Below, piece after piece: positions 10,492 through 18,589 of a stretch of 64,000 nucleotides of DNA (position 1 is the stretch's first letter; the number at the start of each line of letters is the position of its first letter). Under the pieces are notes generated by a model, which saw only the letters and a list, made by a program, of their open reading frames with translations, did no database searches and was not told the DNA's origin. The translations under genes and the position numbers were made by a program. This stretch comes from an uncultured Bacilli bacterium (GTDB taxonomy: Bacteria; Bacillota_I; Bacilli_A; RF39; UBA660): the NCBI GenBank assembly GCA_947625085.1, contig CANQMV010000001.1:3722-67721 (forward strand). The letters are read 5' to 3'.

Positions 10492-11430
10492 TTATTCATA
10501 TTTTTTTTGATTTTTAAATTCTTCAATGTAAACTTGACTAATATATTCAATTGCTATATCACTATATTTATAAATTTTGCTTTTTGAATATTCAAATAAA
10601 TAACAATAATCTTGATTACTTTTTATGTTTTTTCTTTTACAAATATCTTGAAATTTATTTGGAGTAAATCCATGATTAGGTCCAAGAGATAGTTCCAAAG
10701 TTTCTTTTATTTTTTTTACTACATCAGTTGTAGTGTATGGATGCGTTTTTTCAATATCCTTTGGAACATTAATAACGGTTGCTAAATCTTTACTATCTTT
10801 TACAATTGTATATTTAATGTCCGCTTCAGATTCTTTTTTTGTAGAAATTAGTCTTAATGTTTGACCCAAAGATTCATCAGAATTTAACTCTTTTTTTAAT
10901 TTATCAAGTAATAATAAATTTGCTGGATTTAATATTAATGATGACACATCTTCATTATTGCCTGGATTCACTAGAGCAATATAAGGAGTTACTTTTTCAT
11001 TTAGATTATAATTAGGAAATTGTTTTTTAAAAAATTTATTATAATTTGTAAGACATCTTTGAAATGCAGGAGATAAAATATAATCATATTCAGGTAAAAT
11101 AAGGTGCGTAGCTTTGTTTCTTATATTTCTAATAAATGAAATATTATTTTTAGTTTTGTCTGTTGTGCTTGTAAAAATCTTTTCTACACATTCATCAAGT
11201 CCAATTGTTCTATTGGAATCATCCTTATAATTAATAACAGTAATGTCTTTTGCTTTATTAATAAGATATGCCTTTAATAACAATTCCCATGCATTACAGA
11301 TAAAAAAGCAAAAACCTTCTGTTCGATAATTTATAGTTGGTTTGTTAATAATTTCAATAGACATTAAGTACGCTTCTTCGGATTTATTCAATAGTGCATA
11401 AATATAATTACTTAACTCCTTCTCTGACAT
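10492..11430 (-). CDS. HEPN-like protein (Rx4H motif RNKATH); candidate RNase or abortive-infection effector
   Basis: R-x4-H in the block NIRNKATHLILPE. N-terminal helical block EGFCFFICNAWELLLKAYL. The start is taken at the third ATG, which follows RBS AAAAGGAG. Confidence 0.5.
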   Translation of the reverse strand: MSEKELSNYIYALLNKSEEAYLMSIEIINKPTINYRTEGFCFFICNAWELLLKAYLINKAKDITVINYKDDSNRTIGLDECVEKIFTSTTDKTKNNISFIRNIRNKATHLILPEYDYILSPAFQRCLTNYNKFFKKQFPNYNLNEKVTPYIALVNPGNNEDVSSLILNPANLLLLDKLKKELNSDESLGQTLRLISTKKESEADIKYTIVKDSKDLATVINVPKDIEKTHPYTTTDVVKKIKETLELSLGPNHGFTPNKFQDICKRKNIKSNQDYCYLFEYSKSKIYKYSDIAIEYISQVYIEEFKNQKKYE

Positions 11431-11522
11431 TAATACCATCTCCTTTTAATTTATTATTATATTATATAAATTTTAAAAATAATAAAATTATTTTCACATG
11501 TATATTGAGTTGCAATATACAA

Positions 11523-11649
11523 GTGCGTTTTCTAAATTGACAAATCTATCAATTAAATTTAAAAATATTATATCATAGATTCAAACATATTAAAACTCGA
11601 ACTATAAAAGTCCGAGTTTAATATCAATTTGGTGCCCTAAAGGAAGGAG
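11523..11649. repeat. R_B: roughly 80% identical copy of the tRNA-Leu downstream flank, including the last 6 nt of the tRNA (TGGTGC), followed by new sequence
   Basis: Aligns base by base with 12733-12858 and diverges exactly after TGGTGC. Contains a conserved extended -10 on the reverse strand (TATAAT 11572-11567). Confidence 0.7.
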
Positions 11650-11791
11650 TATGACAACTGTTTTATTTTAAATAGTCATCTAAATATTTTTTCCATTCTG
11701 GGGTATTTTCTTCATCAAATAAATGACATAAAAAATCTACAACTATTTGATGCCTATCTTTTGATTCAGTTATCCAAAACGCGTTAGCCTT

Positions 11792-12667
11792 TTAATTACA
11801 TTTTTTTATATACACACTCATTTTAGCATTTTCTAACATATCTTCAGTAATATTTCCAAGATATAAATATGGATTTTCATTATATTCCGGTTTATATAAT
11901 TTTCCTATACAGCTTAAAAAATCTTGAGAAAAACCAATACTTTTTAAGTATTCCAAATAATGACTAAGTTTATAAAATGGTAATTTACTAAAATTACTTT
12001 GAGTCAAATAATTCATAACTATCATCATATAACAAAGAAGATCGGTATTCCTAGAAGCTAAATATTCACCATCAGGTCCTATATTATATTTATTTTCAGA
12101 ACCAAAATAAAGCAAATTATTACCACATAATTTTAAATATTTAGAGTTAATTCCTTTTTCAAATAAACTTACACCATTTGAATCAATTATTTTTATTTCA
12201 TCGTCCATAGTTATAATAATATTATCTTCATGAAAATCACCAAAATGAAAATGATAAGGAAAAATTTGCAGATCTTTTATTCTTTCTAGAATGAATCCTA
12301 TCCTTTGTAAGACTTCAATTTTTTGTTTGAAATTTACGTTTGGGTTTGTTAAATAACTTTTTAAATTTAATCCTTCTATATATTTACTTAAGTATCCTAC
12401 TAAATATTGATCAATATATACTAATGACTCTGGTAATACTAATTCAGGTACAATCTCTGCAAATATACTTTTATATTCCATTAAAATTTGAATAGTTTTT
12501 AATCCTTGTGAAGAATAATAATTATATATATTCTTCATAATTTTCATTAACAATCTTTCTTTGCCTAATTCATAAAAATAAAATATTCCTTCACTTGTAG
12601 CAGAATTATCCGGTTTGAATCTTTCAAATGTAGATAATTGTTCTTTTTTTAAGAAGATACTATTCAT
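11792..12667 (-). CDS. protein kinase-like / aminoglycoside-phosphotransferase-like fold protein
   Basis: HFGDFHEDNIII resembles the HxDxxxxN catalytic loop. IIDSNG resembles the DFG-like metal-binding motif. RBS AAAGGAG. Confidence 0.5.
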   Translation of the reverse strand: MNSIFLKKEQLSTFERFKPDNSATSEGIFYFYELGKERLLMKIMKNIYNYYSSQGLKTIQILMEYKSIFAEIVPELVLPESLVYIDQYLVGYLSKYIEGLNLKSYLTNPNVNFKQKIEVLQRIGFILERIKDLQIFPYHFHFGDFHEDNIIITMDDEIKIIDSNGVSLFEKGINSKYLKLCGNNLLYFGSENKYNIGPDGEYLASRNTDLLCYMMIVMNYLTQSNFSKLPFYKLSHYLEYLKSIGFSQDFLSCIGKLYKPEYNENPYLYLGNITEDMLENAKMSVYIKKCN

Positions 12668-12732
12668 ATATTTCTCCTTTCTGATATTTATAATGAGTAT
12701 GTTATCATATTTGCCAATTGAAAAATTGGCAA

Positions 12733-12852
12733 GTGTGTTTTCTAAATTGACAAATAATCAATTTAGATTTGTGAAGTATTATAACATAAAATTAAACATT
12801 AAAAAACACGAACTATTTAAATAAATTAAAAAGTCCGAGTTTAATGTCAATC
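12733..12852. repeat. R_A: native flank of tRNA-Leu carrying the cassette promoter template
   Basis: Reverse-strand extended -10 TGTTATAAT at 12786-12778. Perfect palindrome TTGCCAATT-n4-AATTGGCAA at 12711-12732 lies just downstream of it. Confidence 0.65.
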
Positions 12853-12936
12853 TGGTGCTTGTGGAGGGAATCGAACCCTCACATCATAGATACACGATTT
12901 TGAGTCGTGCGCGTCTACCAATTCCGCCACACAAGC
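12853..12936 (-). tRNA. tRNA-Leu (anticodon CAA), type II with long variable arm, CCA encoded
   Basis: Reverse complement is GCTTGTGTGGCGGAATTGGTAGACGCGCACGACTCAAAATCGTG...GAGGGTTCGATTCCCTCCACAAGCACCA. It has a 7-bp acceptor stem, anticodon loop CTCAAAA, and T-loop TTCGATT. Confidence 0.9.
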
Positions 12937-13079
12937 AATACATATAGATTATAGCATAAAAAATTAAAAATAGAGCTTTTTTAAACTATTTTTTTCTAAA
13001 AATTATAAAATTCCAAAAAATGGTAAAAATTTTAATAATTAATTTTTAATATGATATACTTTAATTGGGTGGGTGCTAT

Positions 13080-13619
13080 ATGCAGAATTTCATTATTAAT
13101 TTAATGAATGAATTTGGTTATTTAGGAATATTTTCGTTTATTACCTTCGAAAACATATTTCCTCTTCCAAGAGAAGCAATTTTAACTTTTAGTTTTTATA
13201 TGGCAACATATTCATATCTTAAAATTTTTATAATTATTATTATAGCAACTTTTGGTAGTTTAACTGGGGCTATTATTTTATATTATGCAGGTAAAATATT
13301 TAATGAAGAACGACTTTTAATATTTACTAAAAGTAAATATAGAAAAATTTTGAAATTAAAAGAAAAAGATATCAAAAACTGTAAAGAATGGTTTTTACAA
13401 AGAGGAGAAAAATGCATTTTCTTTGGAAGATTTATTCCCTTTATTAGAAGTTTAATTTGGAATAGTATATTAATATTACTTGGTTTTTATATTGGCAAAA
13501 ATTGGCTCATTATAATAAAGATTTTAAAAACCTATACTATTGCAATATTAAGCATAATTTTAATTATTACAATAATATATTTTATAAGCGAAAACAACAG
13601 CAATAAACTGTTGTTTTAA
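13080..13619 (+). CDS. DedA/VTT-domain family membrane protein
   Basis: FENIFPLPREAIL block typical of DedA. Multiple TM segments. The ATG at 13080 is preferred over the upstream TTG. Confidence 0.75.
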   Translation: MQNFIINLMNEFGYLGIFSFITFENIFPLPREAILTFSFYMATYSYLKIFIIIIIATFGSLTGAIILYYAGKIFNEERLLIFTKSKYRKILKLKEKDIKNCKEWFLQRGEKCIFFGRFIPFIRSLIWNSILILLGFYIGKNWLIIIKILKTYTIAILSIILIITIIYFISENNSNKLLF

Positions 13620-13891
13620 TTATCTGATAATTTGGACATTAACTTAAGTTCTACTTCAAGACTTTGTTGATACTTTGAAAGTAAATCAAGTAATTCCTTT
13701 CGTTTTTTTGTATAAGTTTCTAATTTCTTTTTTTGAAACCAAAAAGGCTTCATTTTATCTAGATTTTCAATTTGTAATTTACATAACTTTATTTCTAAAA
13801 ATAATATCTCTAATAAATTAAAGGAATCATCAAGTTGACAATTTAAAGATAAATTTAAAATTTTTTTATTTAATTCTTCTACTTCTTCCAT
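13616..13891 (-). CDS. small hypothetical coiled-coil protein
   Basis: 91 aa, RBS GAGGTAGAAC. Confidence 0.45.
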   Translation of the reverse strand: MEEVEELNKKILNLSLNCQLDDSFNLLEILFLEIKLCKLQIENLDKMKPFWFQKKKLETYTKKRKELLDLLSKYQQSLEVELKLMSKLSDN

Positions 13892-14013
13892 GTTCTACCT
13901 CATCTGTTTGTTAAAAGTTATTATAACACAAAGTTAAAAAAATAATAACTGAAAATAGCATATAACTTTATAAACCACCTAAAATGTGAAAATTAAAGTG
14001 GTGGTAAATATAT

Positions 14014-14469
14014 ATGATTAATTTCGAAAAATTAAAAAATATCAGAGAAGATAATGATTTAGAACAAAAAGATATGGCAAGAATTTTAAAAGTTAAAAGA
14101 AGTACCTATTCTTTATGGGAGTTGGGAATAAATATAATCCCGCTTAATTATTTAATAGATTTTGCTGATTACTTTGATTATAATATAGATTATGTATTAG
14201 GATTATTAAAAGATAAGAAAAATAATAGGGTTGAAAAAGGAATTAATTTAATTATACTTGGTAATAATTTAAAAAAATTACGTTTAGAAAATAAATTATC
14301 TCAAGAAGATATGGGAAATATTCTGGGAGTATCGCAAGCTTGTATTGCTAAATATGAAAAAGGTAAAATATTAATTTCAACTTCAAATTTATATAAAATT
14401 TCTAAAAAGTTTAAAATTCCTATGAATGAATTATGTAATATGGATAAAAAGTTAATACCAAATAATTAA
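14014..14469 (+). CDS. XRE-family transcriptional regulator with two HTH_3 domains
   Basis: Two copies of the L...R......Q..(M/L)A.......(S/T)....E.G pattern. RBS GGTGGT. Confidence 0.8.
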   Translation: MINFEKLKNIREDNDLEQKDMARILKVKRSTYSLWELGINIIPLNYLIDFADYFDYNIDYVLGLLKDKKNNRVEKGINLIILGNNLKKLRLENKLSQEDMGNILGVSQACIAKYEKGKILISTSNLYKISKKFKIPMNELCNMDKKLIPNN

Positions 14470-15101
14470 TAACTCATTAAAGTTATACGTCTGCCATTGG
14501 TTCTAATAAAACCATCCTCTTTTAAATTTTTGATTTCTCGCATCATTGCACTTCGGTCAACTGATAAATAATCAGCAAGTTCTGTATAAGAAAAGGGGAG
14601 TAAAAAAATTCGATTAGGTTTATCATTAGCTAATAACTCAAAATAAGAGAGCAATTTATCCCGGATACTTCTTTTAGATAGAATTTCAAGTCTCTGATTT
14701 AATTCCACAATTTTAGAAGATAAAATTCTAAGTACATTATTAGTTAAAGTACAATGATAACTGCAACCTTTTTTACATCTTTTAACAAGATGTTCATAAT
14801 CAATAAATAAAATTTCACAATCACTTGTTGCAACTACCGAAATATCATTTCCAAGTCTTGAAAAAACTTCACCAAAAACTGAGTTTTCTTCAAGTTTTTC
14901 TATGATTGAACGATTTCCATTATAATCATATCTAATCATATTAGCTGTTCCTTTTAGCATAATTCCGATTGTTTTAACATTAATAATATTAGTAACAATT
15001 GTTCTATCCTTTTTAAATTGCATACGTCTTGCTTCAAAACACTTTAACATTTTAGTAATATCCTCATCGTTAATTCCTTCAAAAATAGATTTTACTTGCA
15101 T
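14466..15101 (-). CDS. Crp/Fnr-family transcriptional regulator
   Basis: N-terminal cNMP-binding beta-roll region and a C-terminal HTH (SYTELADYLSVDRSAMMREIKNL). Divergent from nrdDG. Confidence 0.85.
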   Translation of the reverse strand: MQVKSIFEGINDEDITKMLKCFEARRMQFKKDRTIVTNIINVKTIGIMLKGTANMIRYDYNGNRSIIEKLEENSVFGEVFSRLGNDISVVATSDCEILFIDYEHLVKRCKKGCSYHCTLTNNVLRILSSKIVELNQRLEILSKRSIRDKLLSYFELLANDKPNRIFLLPFSYTELADYLSVDRSAMMREIKNLKEDGFIRTNGRRITLMSY

Positions 15102-15166
15102 TTGACATACCTCTTTTCTTTATATTTTAAGACATTTAATCATTAATTTGATTATATTATAAAAAA

Positions 15167-15180
15167 GTTGCAATTGCAAC
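15167..15180. promoter_or_regulatory. perfect palindrome GTTGC-AATT-GCAAC (5-4-5, FNR/CRP format) centred about 42 bp upstream of the inferred nrdD transcription start
   Basis: TATAAT at 15204-15209. The palindrome centre at 15173/15174 gives class II activator spacing. Lies between the Crp/Fnr regulator gene and nrdD. Confidence 0.4.
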
Positions 15181-15232
15181 ATAAAAGGGATTTTTAATTT
15201 GTTATAATTTTGTATAGGAAAGGTAGTTAAAA

Positions 15233-17365
15233 ATGAAAATAGTAAAAAGAAATGGAAAAACTGTTGATTATGACCCAGAAAAAATAAGAATTGCTATTAA
15301 AAAGGCTAATAATGATGTTTCAGATGATGATATAGTAACGGATACGGAAATTAATAAAATTATTAAATATATTGAAAATTCTAATAAAAATAAAAAACGC
15401 TTATTAGTTGAAGATATTCAAGATATAATTGAAAAAAAATTGGTAGAATTAAATAAATATGAACTTGCTAAAGCTTATATGTTATATCGTTATGAAAGAG
15501 AACTAATTCGAAAAGCCAATACCACTGATGAATCAATTTTAACTTTAATAAAAAATAGTAATAAAGAAGTAATGGAAGAAAATTCTAATAAAAATGCTTT
15601 TGTTGCAGCCACGCAAAGAGATTTAATTGCCGGCGAAGTTTCTAAAGATTTAACTAAAAGAATCCTTTTACCTGAAAAGATTAGCCAAGCGCATGAGGAT
15701 GGTATTTTACATTTTCATGATGCCGATTATTTTTTACAGCCAATTTTTAATTGTTGTTTAATTAATATAGAAGATATGCTTGATAATGGAACGGTCATGA
15801 ATGGAAAATTAATTGAAAGCCCTAAAAGTTTTCAAGTTGCCTGTACAGTTTTAACTCAAATAATTGCTGCTGTTGCTTCAAGTCAATATGGTGGACAATC
15901 TGTTAATATTAAGCATTTAGGAAAATATTTAAAGAAAAGTGAAGATAAATTTCGAGCCAAATTAACAGCTAAATTCAAAGGAAAATTTACTAAAGGTGAA
16001 ATTGAAGAATTAGTTAAAGACCGCCTACAAGAAGAACTTTCAGCAGGAATTCAAACTATAAGTTATCAAATTAATACTTTAATGACTACTAATGGTCAAG
16101 CCCCTTTTGTTACAATTTTTATGTATTTAGATGAAACTGACCCTTATATAGAATATACAGCTAAAATTATTGAAGAATTACTTAATCAAAGATATCAAGG
16201 TATTAAAAATGAAAAAGGAGTATATATAACCCCGGCATTTCCTAAATTAATATATGTTTTAGATGAAAATAACTCTCTTCAAGGTGGAAAATATGATTAT
16301 TTAACGCATTTGGCTGTTAAATGTTCAAGTAAAAGATTATATCCTGATTATATAAGTGCTAAAAAAATGCGTGAAAATTATGAAGGTAATGTTTTTAGTC
16401 CAATGGGTTGTCGAAGTTTTTTGTCTCCTTATAAAGATGAATTTGGAAAATATAAATTTGAAGGTAGATTTAATCAAGGGGTTGTAAGTATTAATTTACC
16501 ACAAATTGCAATTATTGCTTCTCAAGACGAAGATAAATTTTTTAAACTTTTAGACGAGAGACTTGATTTATGTTATGAAGCTTTAATGTGTAGACACCAT
16601 GCTTTACTTGGAACATTATCAAATGTTTCTCCAGTACACTTTCAATATGGAGCAATTGCAAGACTTAAAAAAAATGAACCAATCGATAAATTATTGAAAA
16701 ATGGTTATTCAACTATTTCGTTAGGTTATATTGGAATTTATGAAATGACTAAACTAATGACAGGGGTTTCTCATACAGAGCCAGTTGGTAAAGAATTTGC
16801 AATGAAAGTAATGAAAATTATGAGAAATAAATGTGAAGAATGGAAAAAAGAAACTGGAATTGGATTTGGATTATATGGAACTCCAGCAGAATCGTTGTGT
16901 TATCGATTTGCAAGAATTGATAAAGAAAAATTTGGAGTTATTAAAGATGTAACTGATAAAGGTTATTATACTAATTCATATCATGTTGATGTAAGAGAAG
17001 AAATTGACGCTTTTTCTAAACTTAAATTTGAAAGTGATTTTCAAAAAATATCATCAGGTGGAGCTATTTCTTATGTAGAAATTCCTAATATGCAAAATAA
17101 TTTGGAAGCTTTAGAAGATTTAGTAAAATTTATTTATAATAATATTCAATATGCAGAATTTAATACGAAAAGTGATTATTGTCATGTTTGTTCCTTTGAT
17201 GGAGAAATAATTATTAATGATAATTTAGAATGGGAGTGTCCAAATTGTCATAATAAAGATAAAGATAAGATGAATGTTACTAGAAGAACCTGCGGTTACT
17301 TAGGGGAAAATTTTTGGAATGTTGGAAAGACTAAAGAAATTAAAGCCCGAGTTTTACATTTATAG
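15233..17365 (+). CDS. nrdD: anaerobic ribonucleoside-triphosphate reductase (class III)
   Basis: N-terminal ATP-cone (VKRNGKTVDYDPEKI). C-terminal Zn Cys cluster and glycine-radical motif RTCGYLG. Confidence 0.95.
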   Translation: MKIVKRNGKTVDYDPEKIRIAIKKANNDVSDDDIVTDTEINKIIKYIENSNKNKKRLLVEDIQDIIEKKLVELNKYELAKAYMLYRYERELIRKANTTDESILTLIKNSNKEVMEENSNKNAFVAATQRDLIAGEVSKDLTKRILLPEKISQAHEDGILHFHDADYFLQPIFNCCLINIEDMLDNGTVMNGKLIESPKSFQVACTVLTQIIAAVASSQYGGQSVNIKHLGKYLKKSEDKFRAKLTAKFKGKFTKGEIEELVKDRLQEELSAGIQTISYQINTLMTTNGQAPFVTIFMYLDETDPYIEYTAKIIEELLNQRYQGIKNEKGVYITPAFPKLIYVLDENNSLQGGKYDYLTHLAVKCSSKRLYPDYISAKKMRENYEGNVFSPMGCRSFLSPYKDEFGKYKFEGRFNQGVVSINLPQIAIIASQDEDKFFKLLDERLDLCYEALMCRHHALLGTLSNVSPVHFQYGAIARLKKNEPIDKLLKNGYSTISLGYIGIYEMTKLMTGVSHTEPVGKEFAMKVMKIMRNKCEEWKKETGIGFGLYGTPAESLCYRFARIDKEKFGVIKDVTDKGYYTNSYHVDVREEIDAFSKLKFESDFQKISSGGAISYVEIPNMQNNLEALEDLVKFIYNNIQYAEFNTKSDYCHVCSFDGEIIINDNLEWECPNCHNKDKDKMNVTRRTCGYLGENFWNVGKTKEIKARVLHL

Positions 17366-17372
17366 ATGAATT

Positions 17373-17897
17373 ATGAAATATGCTAAAATTAAAAAATATG
17401 ATGTTAGCAATGGAGTAGGAGTTAGAGTTAGTCTTTTTGTATCTGGTTGTACTCATCATTGTAAAGGTTGTTTTAATGCCGAAGCCTGGGATTTTAATTA
17501 TGGCACAGATTTTACTGAAGCAACAATTAAAGAAATAATTGCTACTTTAAAACCAGATTATATAAGAGGCCTATCAATTCTTGGTGGTGAACCATTTGAA
17601 CTTATTAATCAAGAAGGCTTGCTTCCGCTTTTAAAAAAAGTTCGGGAAGTTTATCAAGATAAAAAAGATATTTGGGCTTATTCAGGTTATTTATATGAAG
17701 AATTAAAAGAAATGAAGAACAAAGAAATAAAAGAAGTTTTAGAATTAATTGATGTTTTAGTTGATGGTAAATTTATTGAAGATTTAAAAGACCCTCTTTT
17801 ATATTTTAGAGGTTCTAGCAATCAAAGAATAATTGATATGAATAAAACTAGGAAAAGTAAAAAAGTGATTTTACACGAAAAAAATACGAGGAGATAA
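17373..17897 (+). CDS. nrdG: anaerobic ribonucleotide reductase activating protein (radical SAM)
   Basis: CTHHCKGCFN cluster. Immediately downstream of nrdD. Confidence 0.9.
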   Translation: MKYAKIKKYDVSNGVGVRVSLFVSGCTHHCKGCFNAEAWDFNYGTDFTEATIKEIIATLKPDYIRGLSILGGEPFELINQEGLLPLLKKVREVYQDKKDIWAYSGYLYEELKEMKNKEIKEVLELIDVLVDGKFIEDLKDPLLYFRGSSNQRIIDMNKTRKSKKVILHEKNTRR

Positions 17898-17902
17898 AAA
17901 TA

Positions 17903-18346
17903 ATGAAAACAAAAATTTTAGAAATTAAAAAATTAGATGAAGAGGCAGTTATTCCAAGCTATGGAACAGAATTTTCAGCTGGGGCTGACCTTTATGCTTT
18001 ATTAAAAGATGAATTAACTATTAATCCAGGAGAAATGTATATGGTTCCAACGGGACTTGCTATGGCAATTCCAGAAGGATATGTTGGACTTATTTATGCT
18101 AGAAGTTCTTTGGCAACCAAAAAAGGTCTTGCTCCTGCTAATAAGGTTGGAGTTATTGATGCTGATTATCGAGGGGAGATTAAAGTGGCTCTTTTCAATC
18201 ATTCTAAAGAACCTCAAACGATTCTTCCTAAAGAAAGAATTGCGCAGATAGTTTTTACCCCTTATTTAAAAGTAGATTTTAAGGAACAAAAAGAGTTGAA
18301 TGAAACGGTAAGAGGAGCAGGTGGATTTGGCTCAACTAATAAATAA
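17903..18346 (+). CDS. dut: dUTP diphosphatase
   Basis: Conserved dUTPase motifs (AGADL, GLIDADYRGE, RGAGGFGSTN). RBS GAGGAG. Confidence 0.9.
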   Translation: MKTKILEIKKLDEEAVIPSYGTEFSAGADLYALLKDELTINPGEMYMVPTGLAMAIPEGYVGLIYARSSLATKKGLAPANKVGVIDADYRGEIKVALFNHSKEPQTILPKERIAQIVFTPYLKVDFKEQKELNETVRGAGGFGSTNK

Positions 18347-18529
18347 AAATTTAGTTAAAAAGACGAAAAAATACAATGGAATATTAGAAGTTATTTTTAA
18401 AAAAATATGGTACTATATTCATAAGAGAACTTCCATTACTATTTTTTGGATTATATAGTATTTTAACATGAAGTTCTCTTTTGTATATTCAGCTAGAATT
18501 TTTTTATACTATACCAGTAAAAGTTATAA

Positions 18530-18558
18530 TTGACAAAAAGATTAAAGTGTGTTATAAT
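18530..18558 (+). promoter_or_regulatory. consensus sigma-A promoter: TTGACA, 17-nt spacer, TATAAT
   Basis: TTGACA at 18530-18535, TATAAT at 18553-18558. The RBS AAAGGGGGA and ATG 18590 follow. Confidence 0.55.
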
Positions 18559-18589
18559 TATCCCGCAACTTAAAAAGGGGGATATAATT

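Noticed and set aside
10372-10587. 71-aa ORF in the intergenic or 3' region of the HEPN-like gene
   Set aside because: It overlaps the structured GC-rich element and the end of the HEPN-like CDS on the opposite strand. It has no RBS. It is more plausibly non-coding.
12615-12824. 69-aa ORF spanning repeat R_A
   Set aside because: It runs through the promoter/operator repeat and overlaps the kinase-like gene start on the other strand. The same sequence is non-coding in the R_B copy.
13065-13079. TTG-initiated N-terminal extension (MGGCY) of the DedA gene from the ORF track
   Set aside because: The ATG at 13080 aligns with the conserved DedA N-terminus. The upstream TTG has no better RBS context.
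18014-18251. Two small ORFs (67 and 64 aa) inside or antisense to dut
   Set aside because: They lie entirely within a well-supported gene, have no RBS, and have AT-rich low-complexity translations. They are typical spurious ORFs.
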